Shown: positions 1-8,079 of the stretch, piece after piece
Numbering within the stretch: position 1 is the first letter of the stretch
Layout: the number at the start of each line of letters is the position of its first letter
Assembly (NCBI RefSeq): GCF_018139625.1
Contig: NZ_JAGSOH010000027.1
Span: forward strand, 284 to 32,283
Direction: 5' to 3'
DNA: 32,000 nucleotides
Source of the DNA: Actinospica acidithermotolerans
Lineage (GTDB): Bacteria > Actinomycetota > Actinomycetes > Streptomycetales > Catenulisporaceae
The notes under the pieces: generated by a model
What the model was told of the DNA's origin: nothing
The model's database searches: none
The model's input: only the letters and a program-made list of their open reading frames with translations
Program-made: the position numbers and the translations under genes

Positions 1-706
1 CGTAGACGTTGCCGGACGTGCCGCCGACGAACAGGCTCTTGTACCCGGAGCCGAGTACGGTCCAGCTCTCGCCGTAGCCGGCCCACTGCTCGACCTGTCC
101 GGCGGCGTTCAGGACGTAGACGCCGCCGTCGTCGACGGCCATCAGCTGATGGTCGAATGCGACGTCGGAACCGCTGATCTGCGTCCACGAGCCGGGGGTG
201 CCGTTGTACATGTACGTGTCGGGGCCGCTCGGCCCGATGGTCGCTACCAGGCCTTCGCCGCCGCCCTCAAGGTCCGTGACGCTGCCGACGGAGCCGCTGT
301 AGATGATCGTCCAGCCGCCGGATGCGCCGTTCCACTCGGCGATGTAGTTGGTGTACGGGCCCACGCCGAACAGGTGGCCGCCGCTCTGTGCGAACGTCCA
401 GCCAGGGCCGCCGATCACGGTCCAGCTGCCCGGCGTGCCGTTGTACTGGGAGATGTCGCCGGTCGACGGGTCGGTGGCGAAGACGCCGGCCGATCCCACG
501 TAGAGCTGGTTCGCCGGGCCGCCTATCTCGGTCCAGCCGAGGCCCGGGCCGTTCCACTCGGCCACGTAGCTGTCGTTCGGGCCCAGGGCGAACACGGTGG
601 TCTGCCAGGTTTGCAGGCTCGACCGGACCGTCGCGGCGCCGGCGGTGCCGGACGAGGCGGCTACTACGAGTGCTGCGGCGACAATCGCCGCGCTTCTGCG
701 GATCAT
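1..706 (-). CDS. secreted tectonin-like beta-propeller repeat protein, paralog 1 (C-terminus beyond window start)
   Basis: Hand translation of the minus strand from ATG 706-704. It is absent from the ORF track because there is no stop in the window. MIRRSAAIVAAALVVAASSGTAGAATVRSS is a signal peptide, followed by repeated blades of the type AEWNGxxxGWTxIGGP and YNGTPGSWTxIGGPG. AGGAGGGG Shine-Dalgarno lies 6-8 nt upstream. Clear paralogy to 797-1714 and 1874-2839. Confidence 0.8.
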   Translation of the reverse strand, partial: MIRRSAAIVAAALVVAASSGTAGAATVRSSLQTWQTTVFALGPNDSYVAEWNGPGLGWTEIGGPANQLYVGSAGVFATDPSTGDISQYNGTPGSWTVIGGPGWTFAQSGGHLFGVGPYTNYIAEWNGASGGWTIIYSGSVGSVTDLEGGGEGLVATIGPSGPDTYMYNGTPGSWTQISGSDVAFDHQLMAVDDGGVYVLNAAGQVEQWAGYGESWTVLGSGYKSLFVGGTSGNVY

Positions 707-755
707 GCGATTCCCCTCCTGGAAAGATGTGTCCTGACTCGCGCGTCGCGACCGG

Positions 756-773
756 CCGGGCGGGGTCGCCCGG
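756..773 (-). terminator. GC-rich hairpin between paralog 2 stop and paralog 1 start (candidate intrinsic terminator)
   Basis: CCGGGCG-gggt-CGCCCGG forms a perfect 7-bp stem, extendable with one bulge over roughly 741-785. There is no U tract, which is common in actinobacteria. Confidence 0.3.
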
Positions 774-796
774 GCCGCGCGACCCCACCCTGCCGC

Positions 797-1714
797 TCAG
801 CCGCCGGCGGCGATCGCGTTGACCTGCGAGCCGGTCAGGCCGCCGCTGATCACGTACCAGCCGTTGCCGGGCGAGTACTGGGCCACGTAGCTCAGGTCGG
901 GGGCAAGGCCGTAGACGGCGGTGTCGCTGACGGCGAAGTCCGAGCCGGGGCCGCCGATGATGGTCCAGTAGCCCGGCGTGCCGTTGTACTGCGCGATGTC
1001 GCCGGTCGACGACTGGACGCCATATACGCCGTCGCCGCCGACGTGGAGGGTCTGCACGCCGCTGCCGATCACGGTCCAGCTCATGCCTCCGGCCCACTGC
1101 TCGACCACTCCGGCGGCCGTCACGGCGTAGATGCCCGAGTCGCTGACGCTGAACGTCGAGCCGGTGGCGATCGAACTGTCGCCGATCTGGGTCCAGGAGC
1201 CGCCGACGTAGCGGTACACCGCGTTCCCGGCCGGGTTCTTGGCGACGAGGCCGTAGCCGCCCGCCGCGATGGCGCTCGCGGCGCCGCCGATGACGGCCCA
1301 GCCCGACGAGAGGCCGTTCCACACGGCCACGTAGTTGCCGGAGGGGCCGAGGCCGTAGAGGTACGAGCCGCCGATGGCGAATTGCGCGCCGGGGCCGCCG
1401 ATCGTCGTCCAGCTGCCCGGGGTGCCGTTGTAGATGGCGATGTCGTTGCTGTCGGGCAGGATCGCGAACACGCCGGGCGCCCCGATGTAGACGGCTCTGG
1501 CCGTCAGTTCGAGGTTGGTCCAGCCGCCCTGGCCGTAGTTGTACAGGTTCACCATGTCGCAGGCGTCAAGCACGGCGACGGTCTCCACGTATGGCGAGAG
1601 CGAGACGGAGATGGGAGCCACCGACACGGACGCGGACGCGGTCGAGGCGGCTGCGAGCGGGCCGCCGACCGCGGCGGCCAGGGCGGCGGTGAGCATGGTT
1701 CTGCGAGTTGGCAT
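797..1714 (-). CDS. secreted tectonin-like beta-propeller repeat protein, paralog 2
   Basis: 305-aa ORF. The N-terminus MPTRRTMLTAALAAAVGGPLAAASTASA is signal-peptide like. About seven blades of roughly 38-40 aa carry the recurring motif YNGTPGxWTxIGGPG / WNGLSSGWAVIGG. Weak AGGAAG SD upstream. Confidence 0.85.
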   Translation of the reverse strand: MPTRRTMLTAALAAAVGGPLAAASTASASVSVAPISVSLSPYVETVAVLDACDMVNLYNYGQGGWTNLELTARAVYIGAPGVFAILPDSNDIAIYNGTPGSWTTIGGPGAQFAIGGSYLYGLGPSGNYVAVWNGLSSGWAVIGGAASAIAAGGYGLVAKNPAGNAVYRYVGGSWTQIGDSSIATGSTFSVSDSGIYAVTAAGVVEQWAGGMSWTVIGSGVQTLHVGGDGVYGVQSSTGDIAQYNGTPGYWTIIGGPGSDFAVSDTAVYGLAPDLSYVAQYSPGNGWYVISGGLTGSQVNAIAAGG

Positions 1715-1742
1715 GGCGGTTCTTCCTGCCCTTGAAGGTCGG

Positions 1743-1856
1743 TCGGTGCTGCGAACTGACGTGACGTCGGTGCTGCGAACTGACGTGACGTCGGTGCTGC
1801 GAGCTGATGGTCGGTGCTGTTGCGAGCCGATGGTCAGTGCTGCTGCGAGCTGATGG
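1743..1856. repeat. five tandem direct repeats of 20-24 bp in the intergenic region between paralog 3 and paralog 2
   Basis: Units: 1743-1766 and 1767-1790 are identical (tcggtgctgcgaactgacgtgacg); 1791-1810 tcggtgctgcgagctgatgg; 1811-1833 tcggtgctgttgcgagccgatgg; 1834-1856 tcagtgctgctgcgagctgatgg. A sixth degenerate copy (ggttctgcgagttggcatgg, about 1698-1717) overlaps the start codon of the 797-1714 gene. Confidence 0.9.
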
Positions 1857-1873
1857 CCGGTACGGCGCGGCGG

Positions 1874-2839
1874 TCAGTCGCCGGCGGCCAGCGGGATGTC
1901 CGCGGGGCCGCCGATGACGGTCCATGAGGTGCCGGTGCCGTTGTAGATGTCGACGGCGTCGATGTTCGTGACGAGCGTCGTGTCGGTGACGATGGCGTAG
2001 AGGCTCGTCCGGCTTTCCGCGTCCGGGAACGGGCTGCCCCAGCTCACGTCGCTGATCTTGGTCCAGCTGTTCGGCGTGCCGTTGTACTCGAGGTTTCCGC
2101 CCCCGCTGTTGGAGGCCCAGCGCATGTACACGCCCGCGTAGCCGGCGAGGAGGTCGTCGACCGTGTCGTCGGGGCCGCTGGTGAAGATCGGGGTCCAGGT
2201 GGTGCCGCCGGTCCACACGGAGACGGTGGTGACGCCGGTGATGCCGGGCGCGCTCGGGATGCCGACCCGGTAGACGGCGCCGACCCCCACGGCGAAGTCG
2301 TCGCCCGGGCCGCCGATGTCGGTCCAGTCGTTCGGGGTGCCGTTGTATTTCCACACATCGCCGGTGGAGCCGTCCGGCGCTGTCGCGACCAGGCCGTCCG
2401 GACCGGCGTAGATGTGCTTCGCCGGGCCGCCGATGATGGTCCAGCTGTTCGGCGTGCCGTTCCATTCGGCGACGTACGCGTCGTTCGGGCCGAGGCCGTA
2501 GAGGTGGCCGGCGCCCTCGGCGAACTCGGCGCCGGGACCGCCGATCTCGGTCCAGCTGTACGGTGTGCCGTTGTACATCCAGATGTTGCCGGACGCGTCG
2601 AGCTCGAACACGCCCGCCGAGCCCGCGTAGACCTGCTTCGCCGGGCCGCCGATGACCGTCCAACCCGAGGACAGGCCCATCCACTCGGCCACATAGCTGT
2701 CGTCGGGCGCCAAGGCGTAGACCGTGTCCTGCGGCCACGGGTTGTACCGCACCGCCGCCTGGCTCGTGCCGGTGGCAGCCGCGGATACGGCCGCTGTCAC
2801 GAGTGATAAGGCCACCAGGGCAGCCTTCTTCTGAAGCAC
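1874..2839 (-). CDS. secreted tectonin-like beta-propeller repeat protein, paralog 3
   Basis: The track ORF is 1874-2884. I prefer the GTG at 2839 (VLQKKAALVALSLVTAAVSAAATGTSQA, a signal peptide), which is preceded by GGAGGGGG 6 nt upstream. It has the same blade motif (YNGTPxSWTxIGGPG, WNGTPNSWTIIGGPA). Confidence 0.85.
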   Translation of the reverse strand: MLQKKAALVALSLVTAAVSAAATGTSQAAVRYNPWPQDTVYALAPDDSYVAEWMGLSSGWTVIGGPAKQVYAGSAGVFELDASGNIWMYNGTPYSWTEIGGPGAEFAEGAGHLYGLGPNDAYVAEWNGTPNSWTIIGGPAKHIYAGPDGLVATAPDGSTGDVWKYNGTPNDWTDIGGPGDDFAVGVGAVYRVGIPSAPGITGVTTVSVWTGGTTWTPIFTSGPDDTVDDLLAGYAGVYMRWASNSGGGNLEYNGTPNSWTKISDVSWGSPFPDAESRTSLYAIVTDTTLVTNIDAVDIYNGTGTSWTVIGGPADIPLAAGD

Positions 2840-2915
2840 GTGGATCCCCCTCCAGGAACACGCTGAGCGCGCGATCGCCCACACCGATGCTCCCGGCGCG
2901 GCCTGGGGGGCGTCA

Positions 2916-2932
2916 TGAGTAACGCGTACTCA
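2916..2932. promoter_or_regulatory. AT-rich inverted repeat upstream of paralog 3 and downstream of the LAL gene
   Basis: TGAGTA-acgcg-TACTCA has 6-bp arms and sits in an otherwise GC-rich spacer (2840-2952). It could be an operator or a weak terminator. Confidence 0.2.
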
Positions 2933-2952
2933 CATATGCGCCAAGCGACAGA

Positions 2953-5649
2953 TCAGGCGCCGAGGACGCGCCGTAGGTCGCTCCGGCTGGTCACGCCGAG
3001 TTTGGTGTAGGCGCGCTGCAGGTGGTTCTGGACGGTGCGCACGGATACGTGCAGCGACTCGGCGATCTCCCGGCTCGGGGTCCCGCGCGCGGCCATGACG
3101 GCGATCTCGCGTTCGCGGTCGGTGAGCGAGGCCGTGGTCTGTGAGTCGCGCAGCAGCGGGGTACGCGGGCGGTCGCCGCAGCGTTCGAGGTGGCGGTTGG
3201 CGTCTTGGGCCGCCGCGGTGGCCCGGCGGGTGTCGCCTGCGCGGGCGTACGCGGCGGAGGCGGCGCACGATGCCTCGGCGGCCATCAGGTCGGCTCCGCG
3301 GGAGGCTAGCTCGGCGGCGGCCGCGACGAGCTGTGCCGGAGAGTCGTCGGCCAGTGCGGCGGCCAGGTGCGCGAGCGCGGGGACCAGGTCGCCGTCGAAG
3401 ACGTCTGCGATCTCGCTGAGCCTGGCGGCGGACTGCGCGGCGCCGCCCAGCCGGGCGAGGTCGGCGAGGAGCAGTGCCTCGCCGAGTAGGCAGCCGGAGG
3501 CACGCGCCTGGTCGGCCGCGGCGATCAGAGTCGCCTGGATCTCGCGGGCGGATTCGCCGTTGGCGACGCGGATCCAGACTCCTGCCAGTGCGTTCCAGTG
3601 TGCGTGCATTCCGAGCACCGGGTATTTGTCCGCCTCGGTGCGCGCCTGCTCGGCCGCGTCGAGGTCGCCGAGGAGGGCAGCACAGAGAGCGAGTCCGGTC
3701 TGCGCGGTGCTGACGGCCACCACTCGGCGCAGGGCGCGTGCGACGGCGGCGGCCTCCGCGAAGAGGCGGCGCGCGTCGGAGAGGTGACCTGCCATCAATT
3801 CGAGATAGCCCACGTACACGGACATCCACATCCGGATGCCCGATGCGCGCGCCTGGGTCAACCGGTAGATGGCGTCCTGGCCGATGCCCCGCGCTTCGGT
3901 GAAGCCGCCGGCCGCGCTGTGGGCGACGACGGCCGAGATGAGGTGGAACGAAGGATGAGGGAACAGGACTCGCTCATCCATGCTCAGCCGTAGCCGGTAG
4001 GCGCGGTCGGCCCATGCGACGGCCTGCGCGGTGCGGCCGGCATAGCTGAGGCCGACCGGTTTCATCGTGGCGGCGTGCAGCCACGCGGCCCCTTCCGCGG
4101 TGGGGCTCAGCTCCTCGGCGAGATCTTCGAGCAGCGTCAGGCCGCGTGCGGTGTCGCCCGCGTTGATGCGCACGGCGCCCTGGAAAAGGCGCAGGGCGGT
4201 GAGGACTTCGGGCTCGCTGGCGCTCTTCTGGGCCGATTCGAGCAGGTCGAGGGTCCCGTCGTAGTCACCTTCGCCCCAGGAACGGTTGAGCGCGTGGGCC
4301 ATGACGACGGAGAGGAACTGCCGCTCGCCTTCGGCGGTGCGTCCGGCGGCGGTCAGGACCTCGTCGGCGCGGGCGGGCTCGCCGGTGTGCCAGAGCACGT
4401 CCCCGAACAGCAGTCGGGCGGAGGTGGTGAAGTCGTCCTCGCTCAGCGCCTCGAGGAGGCGCTTGGCCTGCGGGTAGTCGTGGGCGTGGCGAGCCAGTGC
4501 GGCGGCTTCGATCAGCAGCGCGGGCTCGGCGGTACCCGTGGCCTCCAACTGCCACGCGGCGATCCTGCGGGTGTCGACCGCGTTCGGATCGGCGCCGGAC
4601 TTGACCCGATCGACCTGGTCCAGCAGGAGGCGGCGTCGGCGCAGGGGGGTCAGGCCGGCGCGTAGGGCCTCCGCGTAGAGGGGGTGGGCGAGGGAGACCG
4701 AGGTCGTCCGCTGGTCGGTTCGCGTTCGGATGAGGCCGGCGGCCTCGAGTTCCACGAGCACGTCCATCGGAGCGACGGCCTCCGCGTCGGCGAGCGGGAC
4801 CGGCTCGCAGAGGGCCAACAGTTCCAGGACCGGTCGGCCCGCGGGTCCGGCGGACTCCAGGCGGGCGCTGATCAGTTCGGCGAGGCGCGGCGTGCCGGAG
4901 GTCCGGCCTTCCGCGAGCTCCCATATCTCGCCGTCGTCGGCGAGAGTGCCGTGCTTCAGGGCGCCCGCGACCAGCTCCCTGAGATAGAGGGCGTTGCCGC
5001 CGCTCGAATCGTGCAGCCTGCGCACGGTCTGCCGGCTCACCGACCCGCCCAGCGCCGCGCTGAGGACCTCCTCGACCTGGTGCAGGTCGAACGCGGCCAG
5101 GTCGACGCGGCACACCGTGTCGCCGCTGCACAGCGCCTCGACCGCCTCGCCGATCGGCTCCCCGCTGCGGACCGTGCCGATCAGCCGGACCGAACCGGCG
5201 TCGATCAGCTGCCGCAGCAGCACCGCCGAAGCGGCGTCCAGCCATTGCAGGTCGTCGACCAGGACGACCTGGCCGCGGCCCGGCCGGGCCAGCGCGCTCG
5301 CCACCTGGGCGAAGCCGCGGACCGGGTCGGCCAGGTCCACTCCGGCCGGGATCAGGTGCGCGATCGCGCCCAGCGGCACCGCCGCGGCCGCGCGCGACGC
5401 CGTCGCCCGGCCCAGCACCGCCCCGGCACGCGCGGCCCGGCCGTAATACTCGTCGGCCAGGCGCGTCTTGCCGATGCCGGGCGGCCCGCAGACCACCACC
5501 GACCGGCAACGCGCCGTGCTCCAAACCGTGGTGAACACGTCCAGCTCGGCGGCCCGAGCCGTCAGCGGCCACAGGTACACCGCATCCACTGCAACAACAC
5601 TCCCGCGCGCCCACCCACGAAGCCCAAGACGGCGCCGCGGCGGGCCCAC
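2953..5649 (-). CDS. LAL-family (large ATP-binding LuxR) transcriptional regulator
   Basis: 898-aa ORF. Walker A VVVCGPPGIGKT, Walker B-like VVLVDDLQWLD, a long helical/TPR-like middle region, and a C-terminal LuxR HTH (LTDREREIAVMAARGTPSREIAESLHVSVRTVQNHLQRAYTKLGV). The start (GTG 5649) is uncertain; an internal GTG a few codons downstream is possible. Confidence 0.9.
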   Translation of the reverse strand: MGPPRRRLGLRGWARGSVVAVDAVYLWPLTARAAELDVFTTVWSTARCRSVVVCGPPGIGKTRLADEYYGRAARAGAVLGRATASRAAAAVPLGAIAHLIPAGVDLADPVRGFAQVASALARPGRGQVVLVDDLQWLDAASAVLLRQLIDAGSVRLIGTVRSGEPIGEAVEALCSGDTVCRVDLAAFDLHQVEEVLSAALGGSVSRQTVRRLHDSSGGNALYLRELVAGALKHGTLADDGEIWELAEGRTSGTPRLAELISARLESAGPAGRPVLELLALCEPVPLADAEAVAPMDVLVELEAAGLIRTRTDQRTTSVSLAHPLYAEALRAGLTPLRRRRLLLDQVDRVKSGADPNAVDTRRIAAWQLEATGTAEPALLIEAAALARHAHDYPQAKRLLEALSEDDFTTSARLLFGDVLWHTGEPARADEVLTAAGRTAEGERQFLSVVMAHALNRSWGEGDYDGTLDLLESAQKSASEPEVLTALRLFQGAVRINAGDTARGLTLLEDLAEELSPTAEGAAWLHAATMKPVGLSYAGRTAQAVAWADRAYRLRLSMDERVLFPHPSFHLISAVVAHSAAGGFTEARGIGQDAIYRLTQARASGIRMWMSVYVGYLELMAGHLSDARRLFAEAAAVARALRRVVAVSTAQTGLALCAALLGDLDAAEQARTEADKYPVLGMHAHWNALAGVWIRVANGESAREIQATLIAAADQARASGCLLGEALLLADLARLGGAAQSAARLSEIADVFDGDLVPALAHLAAALADDSPAQLVAAAAELASRGADLMAAEASCAASAAYARAGDTRRATAAAQDANRHLERCGDRPRTPLLRDSQTTASLTDREREIAVMAARGTPSREIAESLHVSVRTVQNHLQRAYTKLGVTSRSDLRRVLGA

Positions 5650-5845
5650 CGACCGCGGTACGGGAATCGTAAGGCCTCCTCATCGATCGCGAAGCCTCGT
5701 TGTCAGAGCTTTCGTGCACAGTAAGGGCCGTGTTCGCCGGACAGGGCGTGCGAAGGAGTTCGTCGCGTGGACGGCGGACGAGGACGCGTTTTCGGACGCG
5801 TGCGCGCAGGCCCTTGGCGGCGGGTGACGGGGCGGTGGGCGACGG

Positions 5846-6595
5846 TCAGTGGTGGCCGCCGCCGCCCGCGCCGCCGTCGTGCGCCGCGTGGTGTGCGGCG
5901 TGCACGGACGCGTCGACGGCAGCGTGAATCGAGGCCTCGACAGCCGCATGGACGGAGGCGTCCACCGCGGCGTCGATCGATGCCTCGACGGCTGCCTGTT
6001 GTGCTGCCGAATGGACCGCCGTGGCGGCCTGATCGCGGCGGGCGATCTGCTTGAGCCGCTTGCGGGCGATCTCGCACGCCGGGCCGCCGTTGCGCGGGTA
6101 GATCAGCGCGTCGAGGCCGATGGCGTGGACGAGGCCGCCCAACGCCGACTGAGCCGCCTCGACCGGACCGGTTGAACGCGCCACCGCATCGAGCCGGGCG
6201 CGTGCTTCGGCGGCGCGGGCGGGGTCGAGGACGGTCCACCAGGTGACGTTGAATATGCCGAGGGCCTTATGGCGATCGGCGCGGATCACGCCGCGCGCGG
6301 CGAGCTCGCCGAGGTACGCGTGCACCAGGCCGCGCCGTTCCCGGGCCACCCAATCCCTGGCCCGCGGCGGACGCTTCGAGCGCTGGATGTCCGCGAACGC
6401 CGCGTCCAGCAGCGCGTCCCCCGTCGGTTCCGGGCTCAGTACGTGAATTCGGTCTTTGACGACGTCGACCCGGCGCTCGGCGGCCAGCCGCACGAGCTCC
6501 GAGCCCGCCACGGCGAAACGCAGCTTCTCCGCGGCACCGAGCTTGCCGTCCGGCCGGATCGCCAGCAGGACGATGTCCTCCCCAAGGCTCTGCAT
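5846..6595 (-). CDS. GPP34/GOLPH3-like family protein with periodic His-rich C-terminal tail
   Basis: 249-aa ORF. The N-terminus MQSLGEDIVLLAIRPDGKLG...AVAGSELVRLAAERRV is typical of bacterial GPP34-family proteins. The C-terminus carries an 8-aa periodic AAV(E/D)AS(I/V)(D/H) repeat x4, then HHAAHDGGAGGGGHH. Confidence 0.7.
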   Translation of the reverse strand: MQSLGEDIVLLAIRPDGKLGAAEKLRFAVAGSELVRLAAERRVDVVKDRIHVLSPEPTGDALLDAAFADIQRSKRPPRARDWVARERRGLVHAYLGELAARGVIRADRHKALGIFNVTWWTVLDPARAAEARARLDAVARSTGPVEAAQSALGGLVHAIGLDALIYPRNGGPACEIARKRLKQIARRDQAATAVHSAAQQAAVEASIDAAVDASVHAAVEASIHAAVDASVHAAHHAAHDGGAGGGGHH

Positions 6596-6718
6596 GATGC
6601 TGAAGATAGCGCGCAGGCGCTGTCAGAGGGCGAATGCCGGGCAGATCCGGGCCGATGGCTCTGCGCATGAATGAAGTCCCTGATGTCACGGATACCGCGG
6701 ATGTCCGGTGAGCGCCGG

Positions 6719-7954
6719 TCAGGTGCCGAGCGGGTGATTCGGCGCGAGGTACGCGGCGATGCTGGTGGCGATCGTCTGCGCGTAGTTGGTGTTCGGGGTA
6801 GTGGCGGGGCCGTCTGTCGTGCTGACCGCGATGGACAGGTGACGGGACGGCAGGTAGGCCTGGACCGCGAAGTAGCCGGAGAACGACGGGTTCTGCACGA
6901 TCCACGTGTTGATCACTTGGATGCCGATGCCGTAGTGCGCCGCCTCCGTGTTCAGGCGGCAGATGCCGGGCGGGCAGGCGCTGGGATCGCCGAGCCCGAC
7001 CGTGCCCGGATCGAGCTGGACCCGGTACGACGCCGGCGAGAGCAGGGCGCCCGAGCCGACGCCCCACGCGGACGTGGCCAGGTCGCAGATGTTCTGGGTG
7101 AGGATCGCGCCGTGGGCCGTGGTCCAGGACGGGTTCCAGTAGGTGGATTCCTCATACGTGCCGCGCTCCGCGGTGAATGCGTGCAGCACGGGGCCGGGGA
7201 TCGGCGGCTTGGCGTTGATCGCGGTGTTGTCCAGGTGGAGCGGGTTGAGCACGCGCTCTCGCAGCAGTTCGCCGAGCGGCTTGCCGGTGATCTTCGCCAG
7301 GGCCTGGCCGAGCAGGACGAAGTTGGCGTGCGAATAGCTCCAGTTGGTCCCGGGCGTGTACCAGAGGGGGTGGCTGAACGGGAATGCGAGGAGCTCGCTC
7401 TCGGTCCAGAACTTGAACGGCTGCGCCTCGAGCTCGGCCGCGAACACGGGGTCGATGACGTAGTCGTGCAGGCCCGAGGTGGAGTCGGCGAGCATCCGCA
7501 GCGTGATCTCGCTGGAGTGCGGGACCTGCGGAAGCCAGCGCGAGATCGGGTCGTCGAGGTCGACCGCGCCCTCCTGCGCCAGCTGAAGCAGGATGATGCC
7601 CATGTAGGCGATGCCGACGGAGCCGGTGCGGAAGTGCATGTCCGTGGTCGCGGGGACGCCGGTCATCGACTCGCCCAGGGCGGTGGTCAGCAGGTTGCGC
7701 TTGCCCTGGGTGACCCTGAGGATGACGGAGTTCAGGCCGTACTGCTGCTTGGCCGTCTCGGCGATGTCGAGGATCTTGAGACCCGGGCCGTGCGTGGGCG
7801 CCGGCGAGGCCGGGCAGCTCGGCCGGTGTCCGCGGCCGCCGCCGTTCGACACCGTGGCGCTCGCCGAGGCCGCCGGCAGGAGGGCGGCGACCAGCGCGGC
7901 AGCGCCGAAGAAGGCTGCGGAACGCGTCTTCCGGGAAGTCCGTGTCAGTACCAT
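6719..7954 (-). CDS. secreted beta-lactamase-fold serine hydrolase / DD-peptidase-like protein with non-canonical active-site motifs
   Basis: The track ORF is 6719-8032. I prefer ATG 7954 (MVLTRTSRKTRSAAFFGAAALVAALLPAASASA, a signal peptide). Family-typical blocks are FRTGSVGIAYMGIILLQLAQEGAVDLDDPISRWLP and WSYSHANFVLLGQALAKITGKPLGELL. Confidence 0.8.
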   Translation of the reverse strand: MVLTRTSRKTRSAAFFGAAALVAALLPAASASATVSNGGGRGHRPSCPASPAPTHGPGLKILDIAETAKQQYGLNSVILRVTQGKRNLLTTALGESMTGVPATTDMHFRTGSVGIAYMGIILLQLAQEGAVDLDDPISRWLPQVPHSSEITLRMLADSTSGLHDYVIDPVFAAELEAQPFKFWTESELLAFPFSHPLWYTPGTNWSYSHANFVLLGQALAKITGKPLGELLRERVLNPLHLDNTAINAKPPIPGPVLHAFTAERGTYEESTYWNPSWTTAHGAILTQNICDLATSAWGVGSGALLSPASYRVQLDPGTVGLGDPSACPPGICRLNTEAAHYGIGIQVINTWIVQNPSFSGYFAVQAYLPSRHLSIAVSTTDGPATTPNTNYAQTIATSIAAYLAPNHPLGT

Positions 7955-8079
7955 GCACGCCAGTAAACGGATGAAGCTAACGAACTTGTACATAACACGC
8001 CGATCACCGGGACGCGCCACGATCCGCTTCACCCCTTCCCGCCGTGGCGACCCGGACAGGCCGGCACGACGCCGTTACG

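Noticed and set aside
1743-1856. Possibility that the 20-24 bp repeats (and the 84-bp repeat at 24343-24510) form a CRISPR array
   Set aside because: The units are directly abutting with no unique spacers, are too few or too variable in length, and there are no cas genes in the window.
149-2882. Long ORFs 149-1735 (+, 528 aa), 267-1322 (-), 322-822 (+), 1566-2882 (-, 438 aa), 2044-2694 (-) and 2414-2806 (+) overlapping the beta-propeller genes
   Set aside because: Their Arg/Gly/Pro/Asp-rich, low-complexity translations are typical of antisense or off-frame shadows in high-GC DNA. The alternative frames give signal peptides, SD sites and a coherent repeat architecture.
2930-5724. ORFs 2930-3829 (-), 4265-5719 (-, 484 aa), 4684-5724 (+, 346 aa) and other ORFs inside or opposite the LAL gene
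   Set aside because: These are frame shadows. Only the 2953-5649 frame carries Walker A/B and LuxR HTH motifs.
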